Below, one piece after another: positions 47,841-56,728 of a stretch of 64,000 bases of DNA. The notes under the pieces are model-generated. The model was not told where the DNA came from, did not search any database, and worked only from the letters and a program-made list of their open reading frames with translations. The position numbers were made by a program, and so were the translations under genes. The DNA lies in assembly GCA_002418725.1 (NCBI GenBank), contig DIER01000011.1:19344-83343 (forward strand). The letters run 5' to 3'. The stretch is from Acholeplasmataceae bacterium UBA5769. Lineage in GTDB: Bacteria; Bacillota_I; Bacilli_A; Acholeplasmatales; Acholeplasmataceae. Every line of letters begins with the position of its first letter. Position 1 is the first letter of the stretch.

Positions 47841-48647
47841 ATGCAAAATCTACTCGAATTTTTAAATGGACAAATGAATCAACCGCAACTCTTTTCCGAC
47901 TTTAAGTCATCTTGGTTTCAATACCTATCCTTAACGCTAGTGATCTTAGGATCGATACTTGCTGTAACGCGAATGAAACGGATATCTGAGAAAAAATTAA
48001 ACCTTGTTTTAATTGGTTTTTCAAGCATACTTCTTGTTTTTGAGATCTATAAACAAATCATTTTCTCGTATCAAGCGTCATGGTCTTATCAGTGGTATGC
48101 ATTTCCCTTTCAGTTTTGTTCGACACCGATGTATGTCGCACTTGTCGCAGGCTTGATGAAAAAAGGAAAAGTCAAGGAAGCATTACTTAGTTTCTTAGCA
48201 ACCTTTGGTCTTTTTGCGGCTTTAGCTGTTGTGATTTACCCAGCAACCGTATTTGTAACAACAACTGGCATAAACATTCAGACCATGGTTCACCATGGGG
48301 GTATGGCTATTCTTGGGATAGGGTTACTTGCACATCATGTTAAACTCAAGTGGTCAAGTTTATTAAAAGCATCTATGGTATTTGCCTTTCTTATGGTGAT
48401 TGCGATGATCTTAAATGGTGTGCATAACACATGGATTGGGCAAGGCACATTTAACATGTTTTTCATTAACCCACGATTTGAAAACGGTATTCCAGTCTTA
48501 TCTTTGTTTCAACCATTAGTTCCACACGTCGTATTTCTGATGATATACTTGTTTGGCTTTACCCTTTGTGCAGGTATCATGATTGGTATCCGTATGATAA
48601 TCGATCATATCAAGTTAACTAAAGAACCCCTTTATCAAGGAGTATAA
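47841..48647 (+). CDS. YwaF/TMEM164-like integral membrane protein
   Basis: EIYKQ, WYAFPFQFCS and HHG motifs; about seven TM segments. Confidence 0.65.
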   Translation: MQNLLEFLNGQMNQPQLFSDFKSSWFQYLSLTLVILGSILAVTRMKRISEKKLNLVLIGFSSILLVFEIYKQIIFSYQASWSYQWYAFPFQFCSTPMYVALVAGLMKKGKVKEALLSFLATFGLFAALAVVIYPATVFVTTTGINIQTMVHHGGMAILGIGLLAHHVKLKWSSLLKASMVFAFLMVIAMILNGVHNTWIGQGTFNMFFINPRFENGIPVLSLFQPLVPHVVFLMIYLFGFTLCAGIMIGIRMIIDHIKLTKEPLYQGV

Positions 48648-48650
48648 ACA

Positions 48651-48683
48651 AAAAATGGCCATCATTGTGGCCATTTTATTTTT
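48651..48683. terminator. Bidirectional terminator
   Basis: AAAATGGCCA...TGGCCATTTT. Confidence 0.75.
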
Positions 48684-48692
48684 AACGTCTTA

Positions 48693-49919
48693 TTAAAGTA
48701 GTGTGTATCCACTAGGAACAATTTTATCAGTGTAGGTTGCTGTTCTAAAAATACGACAATTACGTCCAATCTTTGTATCTGAAGGGATGATAGCTCCCTT
48801 TTCAATCACAGTAATACCTGACTGCAGAAGATCAGGTTTATCTATGTTTGGTGTATAGTCTTCACCAAAACCAAGATATGCACCGCGACCTACGGTCACT
48901 TTTTTATCTAAGATACAGCGGTCGATAGTTACATCGGTGCTAATGATGACATTGTTAAGAATCACGGAATTCTTGACAACAGATCCTTTACCAACACGAA
49001 CCCCTGGAGATAACACAGAATTGATGACAGTACCTTCGATGACACACCCATTGGATACGAGTGAGTTTTGAATTTTGGCATCACTACCAACCTTCACTGG
49101 AGGTAGGTCTTCGCTCTTTGTAAATACTTTCCAAGTGGGATCGTATAAGTCTAGTGCTGTAAAGTCTTTTGTCATTTGAATGTTGGTATCTAAATAAGAA
49201 TCATAGGTACCTACGTCCATCCAGTAATCCTCAAATAAGTAAGCATAAACTTGTTTTTGGGTGGTTTTAATTAAATGAGGGATAATGTGTTTACCAAAAT
49301 CCAAATCTTCTTGCTTAATCGATTGTAAAACCTGTTTTAAAAGAGCATAGTCGAACAAGTAAATTCCCATTGAGGCGAGATTTGATTTTGAGGTTTTAGG
49401 TTTTTCCTCGAACTCAACAATCTCTTTATCTTGATTGATGGACATAATACCAAAGCGTGATACTTCTTTAAAATCAACTGGCTGACACGCAATCGTTAAG
49501 GTTGCTTTTGATTCTTTATGCTGCTGAATCATTTTACGGTAATCCATTTTATAGATGTGATCACCAGACAAGATTAAGACATATTTGGGGTCTTTACGTT
49601 GAATAAACTCCATGTTCTTTAAGACAGCATCTGCAGTACCTAAATACCAGTAGTTGTGTGGTTGAAGAAGTGTCACACTGGAATCTCTTCTGTCTAAATC
49701 CCAAGGTTTACCAGAACCGATGTGTTCATTTAAGGATAAGGGGAGGTATTGTGTTAAAATACCGATGTTATAGATGCCTGACTGTGTGCAGTTACTTAAC
49801 GTAAAATCAATAATACGAAATTTTCCAGCAAAAGGCATCGCAGGTTTACTACGTCTTTGTGACAAAATGTCTAGGCGGGATCCTTTACCACCAGCAAGGA
49901 TTAAGGCTAACGTTTCCAT
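48693..49919 (-). CDS. glgC: Glucose-1-phosphate adenylyltransferase
   Basis: LAGGKGSRL, RSKPAMPFAGKFRIIDFTLSN, GTADAV, LSGDHIYKMDY, FEEKP and a C-terminal beta-helix. Confidence 0.93.
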   Translation of the reverse strand: METLALILAGGKGSRLDILSQRRSKPAMPFAGKFRIIDFTLSNCTQSGIYNIGILTQYLPLSLNEHIGSGKPWDLDRRDSSVTLLQPHNYWYLGTADAVLKNMEFIQRKDPKYVLILSGDHIYKMDYRKMIQQHKESKATLTIACQPVDFKEVSRFGIMSINQDKEIVEFEEKPKTSKSNLASMGIYLFDYALLKQVLQSIKQEDLDFGKHIIPHLIKTTQKQVYAYLFEDYWMDVGTYDSYLDTNIQMTKDFTALDLYDPTWKVFTKSEDLPPVKVGSDAKIQNSLVSNGCVIEGTVINSVLSPGVRVGKGSVVKNSVILNNVIISTDVTIDRCILDKKVTVGRGAYLGFGEDYTPNIDKPDLLQSGITVIEKGAIIPSDTKIGRNCRIFRTATYTDKIVPSGYTLL

Positions 49920-49922
49920 GGT

Positions 49923-51350
49923 TTACACTCCTAATATGATATGGTATAAATTTTCATAAGCAGATGCCATATGATTGAGACTAAAATCTTGTTTCATTGC
50001 ACGTTTGACAAGCATGTTCCAATGTCTTGGGTTATCGTGGTAAAGCGAGATGGCTTCAAAGAGTTTTTCTTTAAACTCATAGGCATCATAATTAGCAAAG
50101 CTAAACCCAGTGCCTTCTCCTGTAAACTTGTTATAGGGGATGACGGTATCTTTTAAACCACCAGTTTCACGTACGATAGGCAGTGAGCCGTAGCGCATCG
50201 CAATCATTTGACCTAAGCCACAAGGTTCAAATCTTGAAGGCATCATGAAAATGTCGGATGCTGCGTAAAGTTTATGTGCGATTTCTTCATTGAATCCGAT
50301 GTAATGTCCAACTTTTGAAGGGTATTTATAAGTTAAGTACCGGAAATAATCCTGATAAGAATCGTTTCCTGAACCCATCAAAATAAACCTTGCATTACCG
50401 TATTCGATGACTTCCTCTAAAGATTTTGTCATCAAGTTAATCCCTTTTTGTGTGGCAAGTCTTCCGACATAGACAATTAAGGGTACTTTCACATCGACAT
50501 CAAGATCAAAATGATGCAAGATAGCTTCTTTGTTTTTGGTTTTACCAACCTTTGTTTTTTGTGCATCATAATTGGCATATATCAGATGGTCTGTCATCGG
50601 ATTGAAGACTTGATCATCAATTCCATTGAGAATACCAACAAAGTCATGGGCTCTTCGTTCAAGGGCACCATCCAATGAGAATCCGTATTCATTGGTTAAA
50701 ACCTCGTCGCGGTATGTAGGGCTAACAGTGTTAATTTTCGTCGCTCTTTCAATACCAGCTTTTAAGAAGTTCACACGATCAAAATGAATATAGGTATAAT
50801 TATAATCGGTATTAAAGAAACGTGCGACATAGGAATCAAAAGATCCCTGGTATTCAAGGTTATGAATCGATAGCAAGGTATGAATGGAATAATAGTAATC
50901 ATTTTGATGACGATAATGTTCATCAAGTAAATAAGGAATCATGCCGGTTTGCCAGTCATTTAAATGGAGAATGTTTGGATAAAAATGAATGGCTTTTAAA
51001 CCTTCTAGAATCGCATAAGAGAAACACGCAAAACGTTCAGCATCATCGTTATAACCATAGAGTTGATCACGTTCAAAGTAGTGCATGTTTTGAACGAAAA
51101 TGTAAGGAATGCCTTGATGAATTAACTCATAATAATGGACGATGGTTTCAATACCGCCCATGCCAATGGTTGCTGATCCCAAAAAGGTCATATCCTTGTG
51201 GAATTTTTGAATTTGCCGATAATAGGGTGTGATGATTCTTACATCATGCCCCAACTCACGGAGTGATTTGGGTAAGAAAAGCGCCATATCCGCTAAACCA
51301 CCGGTTTTGCTGAATGGAAATGCTTCGGAACTGCAGAATAAAACTTTCAT
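49923..51350 (-). CDS. glgA: Glycogen synthase
   Basis: KTGGLAD, HLNDWQT, TIHN-like SIHNLEYQG, RLATQKG, PSRFEPCGL and VRETGGL.DT. Confidence 0.95.
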   Translation of the reverse strand: MKVLFCSSEAFPFSKTGGLADMALFLPKSLRELGHDVRIITPYYRQIQKFHKDMTFLGSATIGMGGIETIVHYYELIHQGIPYIFVQNMHYFERDQLYGYNDDAERFACFSYAILEGLKAIHFYPNILHLNDWQTGMIPYLLDEHYRHQNDYYYSIHTLLSIHNLEYQGSFDSYVARFFNTDYNYTYIHFDRVNFLKAGIERATKINTVSPTYRDEVLTNEYGFSLDGALERRAHDFVGILNGIDDQVFNPMTDHLIYANYDAQKTKVGKTKNKEAILHHFDLDVDVKVPLIVYVGRLATQKGINLMTKSLEEVIEYGNARFILMGSGNDSYQDYFRYLTYKYPSKVGHYIGFNEEIAHKLYAASDIFMMPSRFEPCGLGQMIAMRYGSLPIVRETGGLKDTVIPYNKFTGEGTGFSFANYDAYEFKEKLFEAISLYHDNPRHWNMLVKRAMKQDFSLNHMASAYENLYHIILGV

Positions 51351-51530
51351 GTAAAGTCACCTCAGATCAAGCACTTCTAATGATTCATATTACCTTCATT
51401 ATACATGATGGTACCGGTTTTATCAACGTAACTTTAGCGTAAAAAAAGGATAAAAATAGGATTCACATTTGATGATGTATGGATAATCTTGTGATATACT
51501 TGAATAAAGTATGGAAAAGAAGGTGATGAT

Positions 51531-51944
51531 ATGACGAAAGAAAAATCCTGCGGAGCAGTTATCTTTCGAAAGCACCAAGACACCTACCAGTTTGTTTTAG
51601 TACAACAACGTCACGGATTACACTTTGGTTTCCCCAAAGGACATGTTGAAAAAGACGAAAGCGAGAAAATGACAGCTAAACGTGAAGTGAAAGAAGAAAC
51701 TGGTTTAGATGTAGAGATTTATGATGACCTGAAGGCTAAGACAACATATTCACCTAAAAAAGGTGTCATCAAAGATGTTGTTTACTTTCTAGCGCGTGCA
51801 TTAAATCAGGAAGTAAAACCTCAAGAAGAAGAGATCGCACATGTGATCTGGGTGGATGCTTCAGAGGTGTTAAATGTCTTAACGTATCAAACAGATAAAA
51901 AGATGTTTATGGATTTATTTGAAAAAGCCAACTTGCATTTTTGA
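51531..51944 (+). CDS. NUDIX hydrolase, Ap4A-hydrolase-like
   Basis: EKSCGAVIFR and FPKGHVEKDESEKMTAKREVKEETG. Confidence 0.85.
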   Translation: MTKEKSCGAVIFRKHQDTYQFVLVQQRHGLHFGFPKGHVEKDESEKMTAKREVKEETGLDVEIYDDLKAKTTYSPKKGVIKDVVYFLARALNQEVKPQEEEIAHVIWVDASEVLNVLTYQTDKKMFMDLFEKANLHF

Positions 51945-52600
51945 GGGTACCTGTGAGAAATCAACTGATTCAGTATTTAAACGAAAATATTCTTCCCATC
52001 TATCAAGCATTTGATCCTGCACATCGTATTGACCATGTGGAAAAGGTGATTCAACAGAGCTTAGACATCGCATCCAGTTATGATGTGAACCTAGACATGG
52101 TTTATACCATTGCTTGCTTTCATGATATTGGGATGCAGTTTGGCAGAGAGGATCACCATTTAACAGGTGGTCTATTTTTGTATCAACAAGAGAAATTAAA
52201 GGAATTTTTTACTGAAGATGAACGAATCATCATGAAAGAAGCGGTTGAGGATCACCGTGCATCAAATAAACAAGAACCTAGAACTCTTTACGGGAAAATA
52301 ATTGCAGAAGCAGATCGTGATATTTCATTAGAAATTGTCTTACGCCGTACAGTCCAGTTTGGTTTGAAGCACTATCCACATATCACAAAAGAAGAGCATG
52401 TTCAAAGAGCGTATCAACATATCTTAGAAAAGTATGGACCAGAAGGCTATTTAAAACTTTGGTTAGAGACTAAAAAGAACAAAGAAGGGCTTAAAGAAAT
52501 TCATGATTTGCTTAAGCAAAAGGAAGTCATGCAAATGAAAATTGAAACACTTTATGAAAACGAAAAAAATCATCAATCAGATGATTCATTTGAAGAATGA
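51941..52600 (+). CDS. HD-domain phosphohydrolase
   Basis: AHRIDH, FHDIG, EDHRAS and EADR. TTG start overlaps the upstream TGA. Confidence 0.82.
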   Translation: MRVPVRNQLIQYLNENILPIYQAFDPAHRIDHVEKVIQQSLDIASSYDVNLDMVYTIACFHDIGMQFGREDHHLTGGLFLYQQEKLKEFFTEDERIIMKEAVEDHRASNKQEPRTLYGKIIAEADRDISLEIVLRRTVQFGLKHYPHITKEEHVQRAYQHILEKYGPEGYLKLWLETKKNKEGLKEIHDLLKQKEVMQMKIETLYENEKNHQSDDSFEE

Positions 52601-52651
52601 TATGTTACAATAAACATGGAAGATACGATTATTTAAATGAAGGAGAAAAAT

Positions 52652-53752
52652 ATGATTATTGGAACAGTACGCGAAGTCAAAAACAAAGAATATCGCGTCG
52701 GTTTAACACCGAGTAGTATCAAAGAATATGTCCAACATGGACACAAGGTTTATGTAGAAGCTGGTGCAGGTGAATCTTCTGGATTTATGGATCAAGATTA
52801 CATCAATGCTGGCGCAGAGATTTTACCAACAGCGGCAGATGTTTGGCAAAAATCTGAAATGATCGTTAAAGTTAAGGAACCTCTCGCTTCTGAGTTTCAA
52901 TTTTTAAGAGAAGGGCTCATTTTATATACCTATCTCCATCTTGCAGCAAATGAAGACTTAACGCGCGCCTTAATGGATACAAAAACCCAATCTGTGGCAT
53001 ATGAAACCATTACACTTGAAGATGGGTCACTGCCATGCTTGAAACCCATGAGTGAAGTTGCAGGTCGTTTAAGTGCAATTGAAGGTTCAAAATACTTAGA
53101 AAAACCTTTTGGTGGCAGTGGTGTGTTAGTCTCTGGTGTTCCAGGAGTCGCTCCTGCAAAAGCATGTATTATTGGTGCGGGTGTTGTTGGTGAAAATGCA
53201 TTAAAAATGTTAGTCGGTTTAGGTGCTGATGTTACCATTTTAGATGTAAATTTAAAGAAACTCACCTATCTTGATGACATTTATGGAAACCGCATTAAGA
53301 CACTTTACAGCAGCCAAGATAACATTGAGAAAACAGTTAAACAAAGTGATTTGGTCATTTCAGCCGTTTTACTTCCTGGGGCGAAAGCACCTAAATTGAT
53401 CAAGCAAGCATATTATAAAGATATGCGTCCAGGTAGTGTGGTTGTGGATGTCGCGATTGACCAAGGTGGTTCAACAGAGCATGCGAAAGCAACTTATCAT
53501 GACAATCCTACCTATGAGGTGGATGGTGTCATTCATTACAGCGTCGCTAACATGCCTGGAGCAGTACCTAGATCTTCAACGATTGCTTTAAACAACTCAA
53601 CCTTAAAATACGGGTTAATGATTGCAAATCTAGGTCTTGATCAAGCCATTCAACGTTCAAAGGCTCTCAAACAAGGGGTGAATGTTTTCCACGGTGCCAT
53701 CACCTGTCAGGGTGTTGCAGAAGCATTTGATTTACCATATTTCGAAATCTAA
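52652..53752 (+). CDS. ald: Alanine dehydrogenase
   Basis: EVKNKEYRVGLTP, VKVKEP, YLHLAA, PMSEVAGR, VDVAIDQGG and VANMPGAVP. ATG 52652. Terminator 53765-95. Confidence 0.96.
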   Translation: MIIGTVREVKNKEYRVGLTPSSIKEYVQHGHKVYVEAGAGESSGFMDQDYINAGAEILPTAADVWQKSEMIVKVKEPLASEFQFLREGLILYTYLHLAANEDLTRALMDTKTQSVAYETITLEDGSLPCLKPMSEVAGRLSAIEGSKYLEKPFGGSGVLVSGVPGVAPAKACIIGAGVVGENALKMLVGLGADVTILDVNLKKLTYLDDIYGNRIKTLYSSQDNIEKTVKQSDLVISAVLLPGAKAPKLIKQAYYKDMRPGSVVVDVAIDQGGSTEHAKATYHDNPTYEVDGVIHYSVANMPGAVPRSSTIALNNSTLKYGLMIANLGLDQAIQRSKALKQGVNVFHGAITCQGVAEAFDLPYFEI

Positions 53753-53866
53753 AAAATCATGTACATGGGGGTTAACACATTAACCCCTATTTTTTATTTT
53801 TAAATTCAAACTATTTGCGTTATAATGTATTTAAATACATGAAAATGTCATATGAAGGAGAACACC

Positions 53867-55312
53867 ATGGTTACGAATTATGAATCCTTTGCAACATGGG
53901 GTATTATCATCTATGTTGCTATCTTGAGTTTACTGTTGTTAACTGGTAATGTGATTAGACGTAAAATCCCGATTTTAAAAAAATCATTATTGCCAACCTC
54001 CGTTATTGCTGGTTTATTAGGGCTTATCATTAAAGAAGCTATCGTGAGACCTTTGACGGGTCAAAGTTGGTGGATCAGTGAAACAGATATCATCACATTT
54101 AATACCTTTTTAAATTTAGTGACCTATCACACCATTGCCATTGGTTTTATTGCGATGGGACTTAAGGTGAATGAGAAATTTAAAATCAAAACCCAACGCG
54201 CACACAGTTATTACAACGGGATGGTCATTGTGTCTTCCTATATGCTCCAAGGGATTATCGGGATTGGTGTGACTGCGATTTTAGCATTTACCATTTTCCC
54301 TATTTTTAAAACAGGTCCTGGTCTAGCGAGTGGTATCTTAGTCCCATTCGGGTTTGGTCAAGGTCCAGGGCAAGCCAATAATTTTGGTGCTGTCTATGAA
54401 GGCTTTACCAATGCACAAGGCGTGCTCACTGGATTTGCAGGGGCACAATCTTATGGGTTGGCGATTGCTTCCATGGGTTTCATTTGGGCATGTATTGGTG
54501 GTGTCATCTACTTAAATAAAGTGTATAAAAAGAAAGTTACTGGTGAAGAACAATTGGTTCAAACCACAAGCGTTCAAGAAGTGGAATCACCAGATGAAAT
54601 TCCAGTGGCAGAGTCCATCGATAAGTTAACAGTCCAATTGACTTTGATTGCTGTCGTCTATGGTGTGACCTTACTGATCATGTTTGGTCTTACACGCTTA
54701 GCGTCCTTTAATGAAGGCATCTATCGTATGGTAGGTTCCTTAATCTGGGGCTTTAACTTTATTTTTGGTATGGTTGTTGCTTTATTTGCTAAAAAATTAT
54801 TTGGTTATTTACGTCAAAAAAATATCATGACCAGACAGTATCCAAACAATTATATGTTAAACCGTATCGCAGGTGTTGTCTTTGATTTTATGGTTGTCGC
54901 ATCCATCGTTTCGATCAACATTGAAGACCTTGCATCCCCGCAAGTATGGATCACCTTCTTCTTGATTACGACCATTGCAGGTCTATCGACGATGTTCTTC
55001 ATTCATAAGATTACAAAACGTGTTTACAAGCAGTATACGTTACCCGCATTCGCAGGAATGTATGGAACCATGACAGGAACGGTTTCTACAGGGATTGCCT
55101 TACTCAGAGAAGTAGACCCTTATTATGAAACCCCTGCAGCAACCGATTTAGTTACAGGAACAACGACTGCCATCATCTTTGGTTTTCCTATCTTATTATT
55201 AGCAAGCTTTGCTCCAAACGGTATTGTTCAAGCCCTGATTACACTGGGTATACTGATTGTTTTATTTAGTTTATTCGTCTTTATTTTATTAAAGAAAAAT
55301 CCCAAACCATAA
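53867..55312 (+). CDS. Sodium:glutamate symporter (GltS/ESS family)-like transporter
   Basis: LPTSVIAG, PFGFGQGPGQA and YGTMTGTVSTG..LL..VDP; about 12 TM segments. ATG 53867. Terminator 55314-48. Confidence 0.75.
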   Translation: MVTNYESFATWGIIIYVAILSLLLLTGNVIRRKIPILKKSLLPTSVIAGLLGLIIKEAIVRPLTGQSWWISETDIITFNTFLNLVTYHTIAIGFIAMGLKVNEKFKIKTQRAHSYYNGMVIVSSYMLQGIIGIGVTAILAFTIFPIFKTGPGLASGILVPFGFGQGPGQANNFGAVYEGFTNAQGVLTGFAGAQSYGLAIASMGFIWACIGGVIYLNKVYKKKVTGEEQLVQTTSVQEVESPDEIPVAESIDKLTVQLTLIAVVYGVTLLIMFGLTRLASFNEGIYRMVGSLIWGFNFIFGMVVALFAKKLFGYLRQKNIMTRQYPNNYMLNRIAGVVFDFMVVASIVSINIEDLASPQVWITFFLITTIAGLSTMFFIHKITKRVYKQYTLPAFAGMYGTMTGTVSTGIALLREVDPYYETPAATDLVTGTTTAIIFGFPILLLASFAPNGIVQALITLGILIVLFSLFVFILLKKNPKP

Positions 55313-55374
55313 CAAAAAGGGCACATTCTCTCCTGAATGTGCCTTTTTATGTGAAATGATAGCGTTATCATCAA

Positions 55375-55408
55375 TTGACTTGGCAAAGCATTATATCTAT
55401 GATATAAT
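55375..55408 (+). promoter_or_regulatory. Overlapping sigma70 promoters ahead of a ~180-nt leader
   Basis: TTGACT-17-TATGAT (55375-55403) and TTGGCA-17-TATAAT (55380-55408). Confidence 0.7.
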
Positions 55409-55589
55409 ATAAGTAGAAAAACGGAAAGACTTAAATCACATCGTTCAGCCATGAGTTCATGCTTTTTATGAGCGCTTTCAACCTGCGATGAAAACTGTTT
55501 TTCGCCTGTCATCGACCATTTTTTGATGCATTTCATCAAAAGAAGTAAAACAGATGAAGCAAAGAAAAATGAAGAAAATGAGGAGACAT

Positions 55590-56012
55590 ATGAACGTATT
55601 ATTTTGTTTAACACCCAAAGAAAAGGTGGCGTACATCTATCACGATTATACGATACGCCAAGCATTGGAGAAGATGCAGATTTACCGGTATAACTCGATT
55701 CCTATTCTCGATCGAAACGGTAAATACGTAGGAACACTATCAGAAGGCGATTTATTATGGTTTATTAAAGAGCATCAGTTGAGTTTTACAAAAACAGAAC
55801 AAGTACCGATTTACAAAGTACCAAGAAACAAAGACAATGTATCTGTGCCGATTCACACCAACATGGAAGACATCATCGATGTCGCAACAAGACAAAATTT
55901 CGTACCCGTTTTAGATGATTTTGGTGCATTTATCGGTATTATCACACGTAAAGAAATTTTTAATTACATGGTCAAACAAATGAATCCAAATGAAAGAGAA
56001 GAAAGCCGTTAA
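55590..56012 (+). CDS. Stand-alone tandem CBS-domain protein (YkuL/DarB-like)
   Basis: LTPKEKVAYI..DYTIRQALEKM, IPILD..GKYVGTLSEGDLL and FVPVLDD.G.FIGIITRK. ATG 55590 with RBS GAGGAG. Terminator 56002-23. Confidence 0.85.
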   Translation: MNVLFCLTPKEKVAYIYHDYTIRQALEKMQIYRYNSIPILDRNGKYVGTLSEGDLLWFIKEHQLSFTKTEQVPIYKVPRNKDNVSVPIHTNMEDIIDVATRQNFVPVLDDFGAFIGIITRKEIFNYMVKQMNPNEREESR

Positions 56013-56062
56013 GGCTTTTTTTTCATGGAAATGAGATAAAAAAAAGCGGAAATTTATCCGCC

Positions 56063-56728
56063 TTAGATGTGAAAACGTCTTCTAAACTCTTCCCTACTCG
56101 CTTTAGAGGGAAGAAAGATAATACCAAGCAATGTTACAATCGCGTAGGCAAAGCATGCGACAGATGGCCAAGTATCTTGTGTTATCTTTAGTAGATTAAA
56201 CAAACCAGGAATTAAACCGACAATGGTAATCACGATCAAACTTGAGAAATATTCAAACCATTTCTTTTTATTAAAAACGATTAATATCGATATCAGTAAG
56301 ATGTTTGCCATGATGGCAAACGGGAAGACATAATCGAGTGCCCAATGATGGTCTCTGATGGCAAGTCCGATCAAGATGAGTGATCCTGTTGTGACGATGA
56401 TGCTTTTCGTCAGTTTCGAAGTCCATATGGTTGGGACGGTTAATAAGATAAACATGACAACCGCATAGAAATTCGTGATAGAGACGATGAGTGACCAAGA
56501 TAGAGGTAGACCATCGGATAAATCGATAAACATCGAGATTAAAATCGAGACTATATTGACAAAGATGAAAAGGCGGTAGAAGAATTTTGATGTTCTTTTT
56601 TGTTTAATCTCAGTAAACTTATACGCAACTTCTTTTTGATCTTCATGTTCAAGTTCACCGTTACAAAGCATACAATGTTTTAATGGTGTATCGTAATGGA
56701 GATGGCATGTTTTACAATATTTCATCAT
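56063..56728 (-). CDS. DUF6320-like membrane protein with N-terminal CxxC...CxxC zinc ribbon
   Basis: YCKTCHLHYDTPLKHCMLCN followed by about five TM segments. Confidence 0.65.
   Translation of the reverse strand: MMKYCKTCHLHYDTPLKHCMLCNGELEHEDQKEVAYKFTEIKQKRTSKFFYRLFIFVNIVSILISMFIDLSDGLPLSWSLIVSITNFYAVVMFILLTVPTIWTSKLTKSIIVTTGSLILIGLAIRDHHWALDYVFPFAIMANILLISILIVFNKKKWFEYFSSLIVITIVGLIPGLFNLLKITQDTWPSVACFAYAIVTLLGIIFLPSKASREEFRRRFHI

Noticed and set aside
51386-51397. Minus-strand mini-ORF ATG-AAT-CAT-TAG behind GAAGG upstream of glgA
   Set aside because: It lies too close to the putative -10 to be reliably transcribed with its RBS; probably chance.
55412-55589. c-di-AMP (ydaO), M-box or yybP riboswitch upstream of the CBS gene
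   Set aside because: Conserved motifs of those families were not found; kept only as an unknown structured leader.
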